A stretch of 53,798 nucleotides of DNA from an uncultured Roseivirgaceae bacterium. GTDB taxonomy: Bacteria; Bacteroidota; Bacteroidia; Cytophagales; Cyclobacteriaceae. The stretch lies in NCBI GenBank assembly GCA_964437135.1, contig CAYTFO010000001.1:1-53798 (forward strand), in the 5' to 3' direction. Of this stretch, positions 25,480 to 34,407 are shown piece by piece; position 1 is the stretch's first letter; every line of letters starts with the position of its first letter. The position numbers and the translations under genes are program-made. The notes under the pieces are model-generated. The model made no database searches. It had not been told where the DNA came from and was given only the letters and a program-made list of their open reading frames with translations.

Positions 25480-26021
25480 ATTCTGATGATATTTCCTTTG
25501 ATATTGAACCTTGTGGTGTCTTTAAGTACAATTTTTTGAAACCCTTTGATAGAGTAACTATCAAGGATTTTGTTTTTAAAACATATATTTATTTCCCTGT
25601 AGGTGCTGTAAATTTCGTTATTCTCCTCTACCACACCGAAAACCTTTATTAATTCATCATTTCGGTACTCCATTTCGATCTTTTTAACACTCACTTCTAC
25701 GCCTTCCTTGGGAATATATGTAAAACCTGTGGAGGTTTTATTTTTTTCGTAGACTCCGGATAATCTTGGTTTATTTATGTCAAGCTTTTCTATAAATTCA
25801 AGTTCTTTTTTCCATCCTGAAGAGTCAAATTCAAATGATTTCTCTTCCGATTGAGCATCTATCTCAACTACTTTATTTAATTGCAGTTTTTGAAAAGATA
25901 GAGCCTCTATCTGTTTAGACCGCATTGAATCGAGATCAAAATATCCTGTTTTAAGTTTTATTGAAGGCCTAATATCACTACAACTTATCAATAAAAACAG
26001 CAATACAACTGTATATCTCAT
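25476..26021 (-). CDS. Hypothetical lipoprotein
   Basis: 181 aa with a lipobox-like N-terminus (VVLLFLLISCS). It has 4-nt overlaps with both neighbours. No family recognised. Confidence 0.5.
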   Translation of the reverse strand: MRYTVVLLFLLISCSDIRPSIKLKTGYFDLDSMRSKQIEALSFQKLQLNKVVEIDAQSEEKSFEFDSSGWKKELEFIEKLDINKPRLSGVYEKNKTSTGFTYIPKEGVEVSVKKIEMEYRNDELIKVFGVVEENNEIYSTYREINICFKNKILDSYSIKGFQKIVLKDTTRFNIKGNIIRI

Positions 26022-27529
26022 ATAAGCACATCTCCTGTCATTTCGGAAGGAATCTCCACACCCATTTCTTTTAACATCGTTGGGGCTAAGTCTCCAAGTT
26101 TACCCGGTTTTACATTGGGATGATAATCTTTTCCAACGATAATATGAGGGACAAGATTGGTAGTATGAGCTGTATGTGGACTGCCATCAGGGTTGATCAT
26201 AATATCTGAGTTACCATGATCTGCAATGACGTGAGTAACATACCCATTTTCAAGGGCAGTTTCAATAACTTCTTTTGCACATTGATCTACAGTCTCGCAG
26301 GCTTTTACTGCTGCTTCGAAAACACCCGTATGACCGACCATGTCTGGATTTGCAAAATTGAGACAAACAAAATCAACTTCCTGTTTTTTGAGTTCAGGAA
26401 TGATAGCATCTCTTATATCCTTAGCACTCATTTCAGGTTGTAAATCATAAGTTGCCACTTTTGGTGAAGGGCACAGCAATCTTTTTTCTCCTTCAAATTC
26501 TGATTCTTTGCCACCGGAGAAGAAAAAAGTAACATGAGGGTACTTTTCAGTTTCCGCAATTCTGATCTGTTTCTTGCCTGCTTTTTCAAGTACCTCACCC
26601 ATCGTCATTACTAAATTATCTTTATCATATACTACTTTCACACCTTTAAATGTGTCATCAAAGTTGGTCATAGTGAGATAGTAAAGATCCATTTTGTGCA
26701 TATACTGTTCCGGATAATCCTCCTGAGTCAATGCCATAGTTATTTGCCTTCCACGATCCGTACGGAAGTTGAAACACATCACAACATCTCCTTCTTTAAT
26801 TCTGGCGTCTTTACTGTCGTCGATAATGATAGGCTTTATGAATTCATCTGTTACACCATTATCATATGATGCCTGAATGCCTGCAGTACTCGACGTAACT
26901 TTTTCTCCAACACCTTTCACCATTGCATCATAAGCCAGCTTTACTCTTTCCCATCTTTTATCCCTGTCCATGGCATAATATCTACCTGTAATGCTTGAAA
27001 TTTTGCCAACTGTTTTCTGCATATGCTCTTCCAGCTCCTGGATAAAACCCAAACCACTTTTTGGATCACAATCTCTTCCATCAGTGAAAGCATGAACAAA
27101 CACATTTGAACATTCATTTGTATGCGCAGCAGATAGTAATCCCTTTAAATGTTTTATATGTGAATGAACCCCGCCATCAGAAACCAGCCCGATGAAATGA
27201 ATAGATTTATTATTTTTCTTAGCATTCTCAAATGCTTCAACCAACACCTCATTTTCTCCGAGAGATCCATCTTCTGCGGCTTTATTTATTTTCACAAGAT
27301 CCTGATAAACCACTCTTCCTGCTCCCAGATTCATATGTCCAACCTCTGAATTACCCATCTGGCCATCCGGTAAACCAACAGCCATTCCTGATGCTTCTAA
27401 TGTACTATTGGCGTATTTTTTATACAAAGAATCAATAAAAGGAGTATTGGCTTTATCAATTGCTGAAACTGACTTGTCTTTTGCAATTCCCCAGCCATCC
27501 AGAATCATTAAAATTACTTTCTTATTCAT
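26018..27529 (-). CDS. gpmI: 2,3-bisphosphoglycerate-independent phosphoglycerate mutase
   Basis: 503 aa with the blocks ILDGWG, NSEVGHMNLGAGR, GLVSDGGVHSH and ADHGN. Confidence 0.95.
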   Translation of the reverse strand: MNKKVILMILDGWGIAKDKSVSAIDKANTPFIDSLYKKYANSTLEASGMAVGLPDGQMGNSEVGHMNLGAGRVVYQDLVKINKAAEDGSLGENEVLVEAFENAKKNNKSIHFIGLVSDGGVHSHIKHLKGLLSAAHTNECSNVFVHAFTDGRDCDPKSGLGFIQELEEHMQKTVGKISSITGRYYAMDRDKRWERVKLAYDAMVKGVGEKVTSSTAGIQASYDNGVTDEFIKPIIIDDSKDARIKEGDVVMCFNFRTDRGRQITMALTQEDYPEQYMHKMDLYYLTMTNFDDTFKGVKVVYDKDNLVMTMGEVLEKAGKKQIRIAETEKYPHVTFFFSGGKESEFEGEKRLLCPSPKVATYDLQPEMSAKDIRDAIIPELKKQEVDFVCLNFANPDMVGHTGVFEAAVKACETVDQCAKEVIETALENGYVTHVIADHGNSDIMINPDGSPHTAHTTNLVPHIIVGKDYHPNVKPGKLGDLAPTMLKEMGVEIPSEMTGDVLI

Positions 27530-27548
27530 AATGCAAATATACTTATAC

Positions 27549-27556
27549 TAGTTTTG
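27549..27556 (+). promoter_or_regulatory. Candidate Bacteroidota -7 promoter box (TAGTTTTG)
   Basis: Matches TAnnTTTG in the gpmI/DUF4783 divergent spacer, 64 nt upstream of ATG 27620. The TTG start used by the track (27554) lies inside this box, which argues against that start. Confidence 0.35.
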
Positions 27557-27619
27557 CGAGACTTAATTCATCTTATTATCTTGAAATTAAGATTAATGGC
27601 ACAATATTGGTGGGATAAA

Positions 27620-28009
27620 ATGATTATGAAAAATCTCCTTTATGTTTTTTTTGTGGTGCTTTTTTTTACAGCCAGCGCACAAGACCAGGTTATTGCTAAT
27701 ATTTCATCGGCTTTGGACGCCAGTAGCGCAAAAGAACTTATCAAATACTGTGGAAATAAAGTTGAAATAAAAATTGATGGAAGTACTAATACATATTCAA
27801 AACCTCAGGCAGAAGCGGTTCTGAGAGATTTCTTTCAAAGAAACTCTTCTGAACAGTTCGAAATAATCCATCAAGGTTCAAGTCCGGAAGGCTTAAAATA
27901 TGCAATTGGTAAATATTCTATGAAACAAGGTTCGTATCGAATCGTTATGTTTTTGAAGATAGGTGATTCTGAATATAAAATAGACAGAATTACTTTTAGT
28001 AAAGAGTAG
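27620..28009 (+). CDS. DUF4783-domain secreted protein
   Basis: Signal peptide MIMKNLLYVFFVVLFFTASAQ. The blocks YSKPQAEAVLRDFF and YAIGKY...YRIVMFLK are typical of DUF4783. It lies directly upstream of nadC, as is common in Bacteroidota. Confidence 0.7.
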   Translation: MIMKNLLYVFFVVLFFTASAQDQVIANISSALDASSAKELIKYCGNKVEIKIDGSTNTYSKPQAEAVLRDFFQRNSSEQFEIIHQGSSPEGLKYAIGKYSMKQGSYRIVMFLKIGDSEYKIDRITFSKE

Positions 28010-28016
28010 CACCATT

Positions 28017-28877
28017 ATGTCACCGACTTATCTAACCAAAGAAGCCATAAATCGCTTCATTGCTTTGGCTATTGAAGAAGACCATGGAGATGGCGACCAT
28101 TCGTCATTGGGAAGTATTCCTGAATCAGCCATTCAAAAAGCGGAGCTAAAAATCAAAGATGAAGGGATCATTGCAGGATTGGAAATGGCTCAACACATAT
28201 TCCATTTTTTGGATAGTACGATTGAAATTGATTTTTTTAAAAACGACGGGGATCCAATATCTTCTGGTGAAATAGGATTTCGAGTGGAAGGCAATGCAAG
28301 AAATATTCTCGGTGCCGAAAGACTCGTTTTAAATTGCCTGCAGAGAATGAGCGGTGCTGCAACATACACGCAATATCTCACTTCTCTGATTAAAGGCACT
28401 GATGCTAAGTTATTAGATACCCGCAAAACAACACCCAATTTTAGATTACCTGAGAAATGGGCAGTTATGATTGGAGGTGGGGTAAATCACCGTTATGGCT
28501 TGTTTGATATGATTATGCTCAAGGATAATCATGTTGATTATGCCGGCGGGATAAAAAATGCGATAAATTCTACCGTTTCCTATTTAGAAAAAACCGGAAA
28601 AGACTTAAAAATAGAAATTGAAATACGAAATTTGCGCGAATTGGAGGAAGTGCTTGCTGTTGGCCAAATCCATCGAATCATGCTGGACAATATGCTCCCA
28701 TCAGATATGAGACAGGCGATCCGGATGCTTGATGGTAAATACGAAACAGAGGCTTCGGGTGGAATTACGGAAAAAAACATCCGTGAAATTGCGGAAACAG
28801 GTGTCAATTTCATTTCAGTCGGGGCTTTAACACATTCCTACAAGAGTTTGGATATGAGTTTAAAAGCTACAGAATAA
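28017..28877 (+). CDS. nadC: Nicotinate-nucleotide pyrophosphorylase (carboxylating)
   Basis: 286 aa with the blocks ERLVLNCLQRMSG.AT, LDTRKTTP..R, HR.GL.D..MLKDNH and MLDNM. Confidence 0.95.
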   Translation: MSPTYLTKEAINRFIALAIEEDHGDGDHSSLGSIPESAIQKAELKIKDEGIIAGLEMAQHIFHFLDSTIEIDFFKNDGDPISSGEIGFRVEGNARNILGAERLVLNCLQRMSGAATYTQYLTSLIKGTDAKLLDTRKTTPNFRLPEKWAVMIGGGVNHRYGLFDMIMLKDNHVDYAGGIKNAINSTVSYLEKTGKDLKIEIEIRNLRELEEVLAVGQIHRIMLDNMLPSDMRQAIRMLDGKYETEASGGITEKNIREIAETGVNFISVGALTHSYKSLDMSLKATE

Positions 28878-28879
28878 AA

Positions 28880-29356
28880 ATGAACATACGTACAAAAAAG
28901 TATAAACTGCCAACCAATACTTACATTGGACTTGCATTTAAAGCGGTTCTCAAGCAACAATGGTGGGTTTTTCTAATTTATCTGGCAATCTGTGCGGGCT
29001 ATTTTTGGATACCTAACTGGTGGTGGGTAATAGGTGCTTCTATTGCGCTTGTTTTGTACTTACTTTTCTGGCTGATCCAGTTTGCAGGTGTCACACAACT
29101 TGAACAGGGAAAATTTCTATTTGAGAAATTGGGTTATGAAATAAATAGCCAGCAGGTTTTGATCAAGCTCAACAATAAGCAGGGTATGCCCGTAAAATGG
29201 GACCAGATCAAAAGAGCAACTAAATCAAAAGATTCTTTTGTGCTTTACCTAAGCAAAGCACAACTTATCCATCTTCCTTTCAGAATTTTTAATAGCGAGA
29301 ATGAAATAAGATTTCTCGAAACAGTTCTGAAACGAAAGGGCTATATCAAGGGATAA
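28880..29356 (+). CDS. YcxB-like membrane protein
   Basis: 158 aa with two TM helices followed by a small soluble domain. It resembles the YcxB-like family, from memory. Confidence 0.45.
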   Translation: MNIRTKKYKLPTNTYIGLAFKAVLKQQWWVFLIYLAICAGYFWIPNWWWVIGASIALVLYLLFWLIQFAGVTQLEQGKFLFEKLGYEINSQQVLIKLNNKQGMPVKWDQIKRATKSKDSFVLYLSKAQLIHLPFRIFNSENEIRFLETVLKRKGYIKG

Positions 29357-29835
29357 TGTCCGGTGATCGCTACCGGCAGATTCGGGATAGGGTTGCCAGG
29401 TACTGTGCCATGGGAGAAAGGTCTCCAAAACAAGCTCAGGAGAAACTATTGAAATATGGCCTTAACCCTTCACTAGTTGAAAAAGCCATAGAAGAACTCA
29501 AAAAAAACAATTTTCTGGATACAGAAAGGTTCGCGAATGCTTTCGCTAATGATAAGTTCCGTTTCAATAGCTGGGGGAAAATCAAAATCCGAATTGAGCT
29601 AAAGAACCATCTAATTCCCGAAGACCATATTGATAAGGGTCTATCAAATATCGATCATGAAGAGTACACAGATAAGATTGAGGATCTCATTAGAAAAAAA
29701 TGGAGTAAGCTCAAAGAAGATGAAAACTATTTAGCCAGGAAAAATAAAACAGCTTCTTTCCTGGTCCGGAAAGGTTTCGAATCTGATATAGTTTTCAATA
29801 AAATCGACGATTTAATGTCAGCGGGCAAACATTAA
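29356..29835 (+). CDS. recX: RecA regulator RecX
   Basis: 159 aa with three-helix-repeat-type sequence (ERS..QA..KL..YGL, FLD..RFA..FA.DKFRFN.WGK.KI..EL, ...FL.RKGFESD). Confidence 0.8.
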   Translation: MSGDRYRQIRDRVARYCAMGERSPKQAQEKLLKYGLNPSLVEKAIEELKKNNFLDTERFANAFANDKFRFNSWGKIKIRIELKNHLIPEDHIDKGLSNIDHEEYTDKIEDLIRKKWSKLKEDENYLARKNKTASFLVRKGFESDIVFNKIDDLMSAGKH

Positions 29836-29931
29836 TCTCTATTTGCCAATACTCATTGACTTGATCGATACATCATTTACCTAGTTTAGCCTTTCAATTA
29901 GATGTTATGATTCTTGCACAATATTGAAAAA

Positions 29932-30462
29932 ATGGGCAAATTGATAAGTCAATTTTTTGATTATATGAAGTTGTACCGATCAGCTATAGACGTTCTTAAT
30001 CAGATTAAATCAGTATTAAATCAATTAGAAGACGAAGACTACCATAAGCCGCTTCCTCAACTTTTTGATGCATCAATAGGTCAGCATGTAAGGCATACTG
30101 TAGAATTTTTTGATTGTTTATCAGATAAGCAGAATGTCATTAATTACGATTTGAGAAAAAGAAACTATGAAATTGAGACTTTTACACAGGTCGCAACGGA
30201 AAAGATAAATGAACTCATCAAGTTTTTAAGTAACAGACCTGTCGATATGCCGGTATTATTTATTGCCAATTTCGACACAAGTGAAGGAAAAGATCTTCAG
30301 ATAAGCAGTTCTTTTGAAAGAGAAATCGCTTACAATATCGAACATGCCATCCATCACATGGCGTTAATTAGGATTGGACTTCAGTTTTTAAATGTACAGA
30401 TTGATTTACCTGAAAACTTCGGAGTTGCCAGCTCCACTGTCCGGTACCAGCAGGAAACCTGA
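29932..30462 (+). CDS. DinB-like (four-helix bundle, His-triad) protein
   Basis: Blocks IGQHVRHTVEFFDCL and NIEHAIHHMALIR give a DinB/YfiT-type metal-binding His pattern. The track start is TTG 29914; ATG is at 29932. Confidence 0.55.
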   Translation: MGKLISQFFDYMKLYRSAIDVLNQIKSVLNQLEDEDYHKPLPQLFDASIGQHVRHTVEFFDCLSDKQNVINYDLRKRNYEIETFTQVATEKINELIKFLSNRPVDMPVLFIANFDTSEGKDLQISSSFEREIAYNIEHAIHHMALIRIGLQFLNVQIDLPENFGVASSTVRYQQET

Positions 30463-30464
30463 TC

Positions 30465-31499
30465 ATGAATTCATTGAGGAGGTTTTGGTACCGACTGACT
30501 CACTATGAGTACTGGCCGTTTGATCTGTTATATTTTCCTGTTTATTTCTACTATTTATTCCTGGCAATTAAATATCGGTCTTTTACTTATTTCACATCAT
30601 CAAATCCTTCAATTGAAACTGGTGGTTTCCTGGGCGAAAGTAAATGGGAGGTTTTTAAACTAATTCCAAAAAAATATCTTTCAGTTACCATACTGTTTTT
30701 ACCGGATGTAGAAATAGGTGATCTGGAAAAAAGTCTGAAAAAATCCGGGATTGCATATCCATTTATAGCAAAGCCGGAGATTGGAGAAAGAGGCTGGATG
30801 GTTGAAAAAATAAGCACCCGTGAAGATCTTGAGCTATACCTTTCGAAAATAAAAGTAAATTTTTTGATTCAGGAATTGGTAGTATTCCCTATTGAACTGG
30901 GAGTTTTTTATATCCGATACCCAAACTCCGAACAGGGAAGAGTTACTTCGATAGTAAAAAAGGGATTTCTTGAGGTTGAGGGTGACGGCACTTCTTCCGT
31001 TAAAGCACTTCTTGAAAAGAATAAGCGAGCAATTTTGAACTTCAATTTTGAGTCAGACTTTAAGCAATCATTACTAAAGAAGATCCCCGCAGAAGGTCAG
31101 AAAGTTATTGTCGAAAGTATAGGTAATCATTGCAGAGGTACTACTTTTATAAATGCAAATGATGAAATAGATAAGAAACTAAATCAAACTTTTGACTCTA
31201 TTGCCAAACAAATACGGGGTTTTTATTTTGGGCGATTTGATTTACGCTGTCAGTCGTTTGAGGATCTGAAAAATGAAAAGAACTTTAAGATTATTGAGCT
31301 CAATGGAGCAGGTTCTGAACCAGGCCATATTTATGATCCTGATTACTCATTATTGAAAGCTTATCGCGATATTATTTGGCATTTTAAGGTTTTAGCTGAA
31401 ATTAGCAATCTGAATAAAAAACAGGGAGTTTCTCCATGGACTTTGAAACAGGGTCTAAAAAAGTGGAAAGAAATTCGGGAATATAACAGATTAAAATAA
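30465..31499 (+). CDS. ATP-grasp-fold ligase of unknown substrate, with a hydrophobic N-terminal segment
   Basis: 344 aa. The N-terminus is YWPFDLLYFPVYFYYLFLAIKY. The blocks FIAKPEIGERG..V, FLIQELV and IIELNGAGSEPGHIYDP are ATP-grasp-like. Many Bacteroidota homologs are labelled D-Ala-D-Ala-ligase-like, as I recall. Confidence 0.6.
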   Translation: MNSLRRFWYRLTHYEYWPFDLLYFPVYFYYLFLAIKYRSFTYFTSSNPSIETGGFLGESKWEVFKLIPKKYLSVTILFLPDVEIGDLEKSLKKSGIAYPFIAKPEIGERGWMVEKISTREDLELYLSKIKVNFLIQELVVFPIELGVFYIRYPNSEQGRVTSIVKKGFLEVEGDGTSSVKALLEKNKRAILNFNFESDFKQSLLKKIPAEGQKVIVESIGNHCRGTTFINANDEIDKKLNQTFDSIAKQIRGFYFGRFDLRCQSFEDLKNEKNFKIIELNGAGSEPGHIYDPDYSLLKAYRDIIWHFKVLAEISNLNKKQGVSPWTLKQGLKKWKEIREYNRLK

Positions 31500-31502
31500 T
31501 TG

Positions 31503-32117
31503 ATGCCTTCATACGAGGTTTTTTTGGTTGCATTTATAGTTAGCTATCTGGGTTCAATTCCGCCAGGAACCGTGAACGTATCAGTAATGCAACTTTCCAT
31601 AAATAATCATCGTGCTGCCGCAATCTATCTTGGATTTGCTGCCAGCCTTGTTGAGTTGTTCTATGTTGCTATAACTGTTCAATTCCAAAGATTTTTATCT
31701 TCAAGCGAAGAATTATCATTTTACTTCCAAATCATTACTGCATCTGCATTGATTATCATTGGTGTCATAAATCTCTTTTCAAAGAGTAAATCTGAAACCT
31801 TTATTCGAAAAACAGCAATGAGGAGGCGAACTGGATTTTTAAGAGGGCTTGTTTTAGGTTTTCTTAATCCGATGACCATTCCCTTTTGGCTGGTTGTCAC
31901 CAACTATCTTGTAAGTCATAACTGGGTTGAAGTAGAAGGAGCCAATTTCTGGGCCTATATTACAGGACTTGCAGTGGGGACGTTTGTTTTGCTCGTTACC
32001 GTAGACTTTTTAGGGAAGAATTTTCAAAAGATAGCAGATAATACGTTCATTGTTCATAAAATACCCGGTCTCGTTCTGATTGGAATGGGAATCTACAATG
32101 CTATCAAACTTTTTTGA
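31503..32117 (+). CDS. LysE/RhtB-family amino-acid exporter
   Basis: About 204 aa with 5-6 TM helices. N-terminal motif SYLGSIPPGTVN and mid-protein GFLNPMTIPFW are typical of LysE-type translocators. Confidence 0.7.
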   Translation: MPSYEVFLVAFIVSYLGSIPPGTVNVSVMQLSINNHRAAAIYLGFAASLVELFYVAITVQFQRFLSSSEELSFYFQIITASALIIIGVINLFSKSKSETFIRKTAMRRRTGFLRGLVLGFLNPMTIPFWLVVTNYLVSHNWVEVEGANFWAYITGLAVGTFVLLVTVDFLGKNFQKIADNTFIVHKIPGLVLIGMGIYNAIKLF

Positions 32118-33344
32118 TTAACTCTTAAATCTGATTCTTCCCAGATCATAGCTAATATAAAAAGACCTCAGCATCATCGTGACCAGTAATGGGAGTAAGG
32201 CCTGGTTAAGATCCTGTGGGATAAATGCCCAAAATACTAATGTCAGAAGGTTGAGTACAGCCATGAACCTGAAAAACCTAGCTAAATAAGGTTTTAGTTT
32301 TTCGATATGAGTAAGATATACGAATGGAATATATAATGGGAATGCCCACAACAAGTTCCAGTTTGCTTTTGATAAATGCTCTGTTCCTACCCATAAAAAG
32401 AATAGCCACCAGCCGAATATCCCAATAACTGTAAATAAAATATAATCAATCCATTTACTTCTTTTAAGGGTTTTGAAATTTCGGTTGGTGATTAACCCTA
32501 CCACAAAAAACAAAAGAATAAAGAAATTGAATGGAGTAAACCAGCCAAGAGGCTCTGGTTCCATCCTTTTCTCATATAATTTGTTAGTTGCAGAAACTAA
32601 CGGTTTCTGACCGCCATTTTTTATGGTTGCTTTTTCCAAAGCGTAAAAGATGTAGTTAGGTAAAAACATATAAACATTTGGATCTGCTTCGCCGTCTATC
32701 TGGCTTCCCAGACCAATGTCAATGATCAGCTCGCCCCATGGCTGATAATCCAGGTAATCATGCATAAGATCACGAACACTTTTGCCCTCTTCTGCATAAC
32801 CATAGTAGTAACTTACCTTTTCAGAGCCAAAAACATCAGTAATTACGTCTCTGATTTTGGTTGCACAATTATCATATACATAGTTGTAGAGATATTCCCT
32901 GTTTTCAGGTAAATAATTGTTTTCCAGGTAATCAAACATCTGTTGTGTTTGTTCAGGTGAAAGGTTTAATACCTGTTCATATACATACCTGTCCTGATCC
33001 GAATAAAATTTCAATACTCTGGGGAAACTCTTATTTCGGCCTATGCTGTAGAGCATTAAACCTTGAGCAAAGTTTGAGTAGAAGTTTTTTTGTTCGAAAT
33101 CAAACCTACCATAGTCATACATCCAGTCAATATTTTGATTCGGATCAAATACCCGAATACCACTATGACCAAAAGCAGAATAAAGCTCGGGCTGATAAGG
33201 GCCAATAGTAATGATACTGATTTTTGCCTTGTCTGAAAGAGTAATTGAATATGAGGAAAAAACCAGCATTAATAAGTTTAAAGCAAGGAGTACTTTTTTC
33301 AGTAACAGTTTTGAAATAAGATTTTTGAATTGAGTTTGATTCAT
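32118..33344 (-). CDS. DUF4105 (Lnb N-terminal periplasmic domain) membrane protein
   Basis: The block ISIITIGPYQPELYSAFGHSGIRVFD is the DUF4105 hallmark. The C-terminal half is multi-TM. The start is taken at Met30 (33344), because the longer frame to 33431 would overlap the divergent radical-SAM gene. Confidence 0.7.
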   Translation of the reverse strand: MNQTQFKNLISKLLLKKVLLALNLLMLVFSSYSITLSDKAKISIITIGPYQPELYSAFGHSGIRVFDPNQNIDWMYDYGRFDFEQKNFYSNFAQGLMLYSIGRNKSFPRVLKFYSDQDRYVYEQVLNLSPEQTQQMFDYLENNYLPENREYLYNYVYDNCATKIRDVITDVFGSEKVSYYYGYAEEGKSVRDLMHDYLDYQPWGELIIDIGLGSQIDGEADPNVYMFLPNYIFYALEKATIKNGGQKPLVSATNKLYEKRMEPEPLGWFTPFNFFILLFFVVGLITNRNFKTLKRSKWIDYILFTVIGIFGWWLFFLWVGTEHLSKANWNLLWAFPLYIPFVYLTHIEKLKPYLARFFRFMAVLNLLTLVFWAFIPQDLNQALLPLLVTMMLRSFYISYDLGRIRFKS

Positions 33345-33357
33345 TAGGTTTACTCTT

Positions 33358-34380
33358 ATGTTTGTCAGCTTTTCAGATTCCCTGGAATTAGCTTCAAAGC
33401 TAACTTTTATTCGTTTAATAAACGCAATCAAGATTTATTTGAGCTACTGGTTTTCCAGACTCACCGGAAAAGCAAGTATCAAGGGCTATCCAATCAGCTT
33501 TGCAATTGAACCTACCACAGCCTGTAATCTTCGCTGCCCTGAATGTCCCAGCGGTTTACGTTCTTTTACCAGGCCGACCGGTAAACTAAAAACGGATTTT
33601 TTTAAAGATATTATCAATCAACTGGCACCTTTTACAACCTACTTGACATTTTATTTTCAGGGAGAACCTTATCTGAATCCCGAATTGCTCAGGATGATTG
33701 CTTATGCAAATGAAAAGAAAATTTATACGGCAACATCTACCAACGCTCATTTTCTTCATATGAATGCTGCCAGAGAAACGGTTCTTTCCGGGCTAAAGAG
33801 ATTGATAATTAGCATTGATGGACTTACACAAACTACCTATGAGTCATATCGGAAGGAAGGGTCTTTGGAAAAGGTATTGGCTGGAACTCAAAATATTATT
33901 CAGGCAAAAAAGGAAATGAATAGCAGATTTCCGATTGTGATTTGGCAGTTTCTGGTTGTTCGTCCCAATGAGCATGAGATAGAGCAACTTTATAAACTTG
34001 CGGAGGAGTATGAAGTGGATAAAGTAGCTTTAAAAACAGCACAGGTATATGACTATGAATATGGTAATGCGCTAATCCCTGAAAATGACAAATATTCAAG
34101 GTATAAGAAACAAAAAAATGGCACCTACAAGATAAAAAATGGGATCAGTAATCATTGCTGGAAAATGTGGAGTTCATGTGTTATTACATGGGATGGTAAA
34201 GTTGTTCCCTGTTGTTTTGATAAGGACGCAAAACATCAACTGGGTGATATCAGTCAATATGAGTTTAAAAAAGTGTGGAATTCAAAAGACTATAATCGAT
34301 TCAGACAAAAACTGCTAAAAGGACGCAAAGAAATAGACATTTGTCAGAACTGCACAGAGGGAACTAAAGTTTGGGCATAA
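33358..34380 (+). CDS. Radical SAM/SPASM-domain protein with an N-terminal hydrophobic anchor
   Basis: CxxxCxxC motif in EPTTACNLRCPECPSG. C-terminal auxiliary-cluster cysteines are CWKMW..C..TWDGKVVPCCFDKD...CQNC. Confidence 0.85.
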   Translation: MFVSFSDSLELASKLTFIRLINAIKIYLSYWFSRLTGKASIKGYPISFAIEPTTACNLRCPECPSGLRSFTRPTGKLKTDFFKDIINQLAPFTTYLTFYFQGEPYLNPELLRMIAYANEKKIYTATSTNAHFLHMNAARETVLSGLKRLIISIDGLTQTTYESYRKEGSLEKVLAGTQNIIQAKKEMNSRFPIVIWQFLVVRPNEHEIEQLYKLAEEYEVDKVALKTAQVYDYEYGNALIPENDKYSRYKKQKNGTYKIKNGISNHCWKMWSSCVITWDGKVVPCCFDKDAKHQLGDISQYEFKKVWNSKDYNRFRQKLLKGRKEIDICQNCTEGTKVWA

Positions 34381-34407
34381 TAAGTCAGATTTGACTATAT
34401 TTATAAG

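Noticed and set aside
27554-27619. Long N-terminal extensions proposed by the ORF track (27554 for DUF4783, 33431 for DUF4105, 45131 for anmK, 45183 for coaX, 11150 for the GT2-like gene, 17009 for OsmC)
   Set aside because: The extensions use TTG or GTG starts, overlap divergent neighbours or promoter-like boxes, and precede family-typical N-termini or signal peptides that begin at internal start codons.
30465-34380. ATP-grasp plus radical SAM/SPASM genes within 3 kb, as a grasp-with-SPASM RiPP cluster
   Set aside because: The two genes are separated by LysE and DUF4105 genes and lie in different transcription units. No small precursor-peptide ORF fits in any spacer. Both enzymes look like members of broadly conserved Bacteroidota families rather than cluster-specific maturases.
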